Below, piece by piece: positions 47,219 through 48,288 of a stretch of DNA of 48,288 nucleotides. Origin of the DNA: a virus (Duplodnaviria > Caudoviricetes). The stretch is from IMG/VR virus record IMGVR_UViG_3300032260_000008, positions 1-48,288 of that record, one strand, 5' to 3'. The notes beneath the pieces were generated by a model. It did not search any database, was not told the origin of the DNA, and was given only the letters and a program-made list of their open reading frames with translations. The stretch's first letter is position 1, and the number at the start of each line of letters is the position of its first letter. The translations under genes and the position numbers were made by a program.

Positions 47219-47962
47219 ATGATAAAACTCGATGAAAAAGATTTAAAAGATTTGCAATCCGATTTAAAAACGTTTGCCAATCGTGCGTATCCATTCGCTA
47301 CGAAAGAAACACTCAACAAAACAGCGTTTCATGCCATGAAGGTGGCTAGAAATGACGTAGAGGTGTCCATGGTCCTTCGTAACAGATGGACAGTGGGTTC
47401 CATAAGGGCACAACCTACACGCTCTCTAAACGTCAATCAGCAGTTTTCCGTGGTTGGCTCGACGGAAGAATACATGGCTCATCAAGAATTTGGTAGATTA
47501 GAGACCACCAAAGGTAAGCATGGTGTAGCAATCCCCACTGGTTACAGTGCAGGTCAAGAGGGTGTCACACCTCGTACTCGTCTTCCACGTAAAGCAAATC
47601 GTATGCAAAACATACGAATTGCTAAATTCCAACAATCAGGTAAAACACGTAAACAACGTATGGTTATGACTGTAAGACGTGCAGTTGAGACCAATAGACG
47701 TTTTGTATATCTGGATTTAGGTAAACGTAGAGGGATATTCAAGGTTAGAGGAGGGGATATTGAGTATGCGAGTAGGGGTTGGCCGGGTAAAGCAAGTTTG
47801 AAGATGTTGCAAGATTTATCACATCGTTCTGTTCGTATTCCTAAGTCCCCCTGGCTTAATCCTAGTACAAAGAAAGCATCCAACAAAATGCCTGAGTTTT
47901 ATAGAGAAGCAATTCTTTTCCAACTAAAACGCAACAAAATATTCGATAAGTCAGTCGGTTAA
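47219..47962 (+). CDS. Basic virion morphogenesis protein (lambda gpZ-like tail completion)
   Basis: FATKETLNKTA N-terminus, YMAHQEFG, PWLNPS; Arg/Lys-rich; adjacent to the packaging region. Confidence 0.6.
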   Translation: MIKLDEKDLKDLQSDLKTFANRAYPFATKETLNKTAFHAMKVARNDVEVSMVLRNRWTVGSIRAQPTRSLNVNQQFSVVGSTEEYMAHQEFGRLETTKGKHGVAIPTGYSAGQEGVTPRTRLPRKANRMQNIRIAKFQQSGKTRKQRMVMTVRRAVETNRRFVYLDLGKRRGIFKVRGGDIEYASRGWPGKASLKMLQDLSHRSVRIPKSPWLNPSTKKASNKMPEFYREAILFQLKRNKIFDKSVG

Positions 47963-48090
47963 GTTCAATCAATACTCAAAGTTAACAAACCATATCGCTC
48001 AATCATATCAATAGTTTTAAGCAAACGCCACAATCATACCGTTAGGTAGTAGTGTTCATATTCTTATTCCCTCAAATTGTATAGGCTACA

Positions 48091-48235
48091 ACCCCTATAA
48101 ATACTGGGGTAGCGGGCACGCTAAGACCCTTATGAATACAGGACTTTAGCCGCTTTGTAGCCGCTTCGATTGAACACGCTAAGACCCCTATAAACACTGG
48201 GGTAGCGAGCGCGCTGAAACCCCTATAAACACTGG
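48091..48235 (+). repeat. Four copies of ACCCCTATAAAYACTGG (one degenerate) near the right end
   Basis: Starts at 48091, 48126, 48184 and 48219, in two pairs spaced 35 bp. Confidence 0.85.
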
Positions 48236-48273
48236 ACGAAAAAGGTACTGTGCGGCTAGGGGCCCCGCCTGCC

Positions 48274-48288
48274 GTTTTGATTCGCCAC
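48274..48288. repeat. Terminal direct repeat (right copy)
   Basis: Identical to 1-15. Confidence 0.9.

Noticed and set aside
48091-48235. Mini-CRISPR array
   Set aside because: Repeats are only 17 bp, the intervening sequences resemble each other and spacing is irregular. The Cas4-like gene is the usual replication-module nuclease.
1-48288. Alternative genetic code or stop-codon reassignment
   Set aside because: Core genes are full length in the standard code and all three stops are used; only the polymerase is split, and that involves a frame change.
1-48288. tRNA genes, integrase, introns or inteins
   Set aside because: No cloverleaf, recombinase motif, or oversized terL, helicase or primase seen by eye; a covariance or HMM search would be needed to exclude them fully.

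Overview
The window is an apparently complete 48.3 kb tailed dsDNA phage genome. The first and last 15 nt are identical, and their context resembles a lambda-type cos end. It combines lambda-like packaging and head genes (terS, GpA-type terL, portal, S49 protease, decoration protein, gpE-like capsid) with a Mu-like contractile tail and baseplate. Replication genes include a family A DNA polymerase split into two ORFs, a DUF2815-like SSB, a DUF2800/Cas4-like nuclease, an SF2 helicase, VRR-NUC and a prim-pol/helicase. There is an amidase endolysin. I see no integrase, tRNA or CRISPR array. The most unusual feature is a large set of proteins predicted to be exported. (1) A 6.1 kb block between portal and protease encodes a 1312-aa fibre-like His-repeat protein and a 460-aa beta-helix protein, both with classical Sec signal peptides. 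(2) A lipoprotein / papain-like protease / Cys-rich lipoprotein trio sits between terS and terL. (3) A secreted TSP3-SGNH hydrolase appears to be opposed by a small antisense RNA. (4) A Cys-rich membrane protein has its own operator-overlapped promoter. Other signals are a ~25-nt frame-breaking insert in the polymerase, a programmed -1 frameshift in the tail chaperone, a symmetric bidirectional promoter, probable leaderless late transcripts and a repeat-rich origin/packaging region. All functional calls come from motifs recognised by eye, not from database searches.
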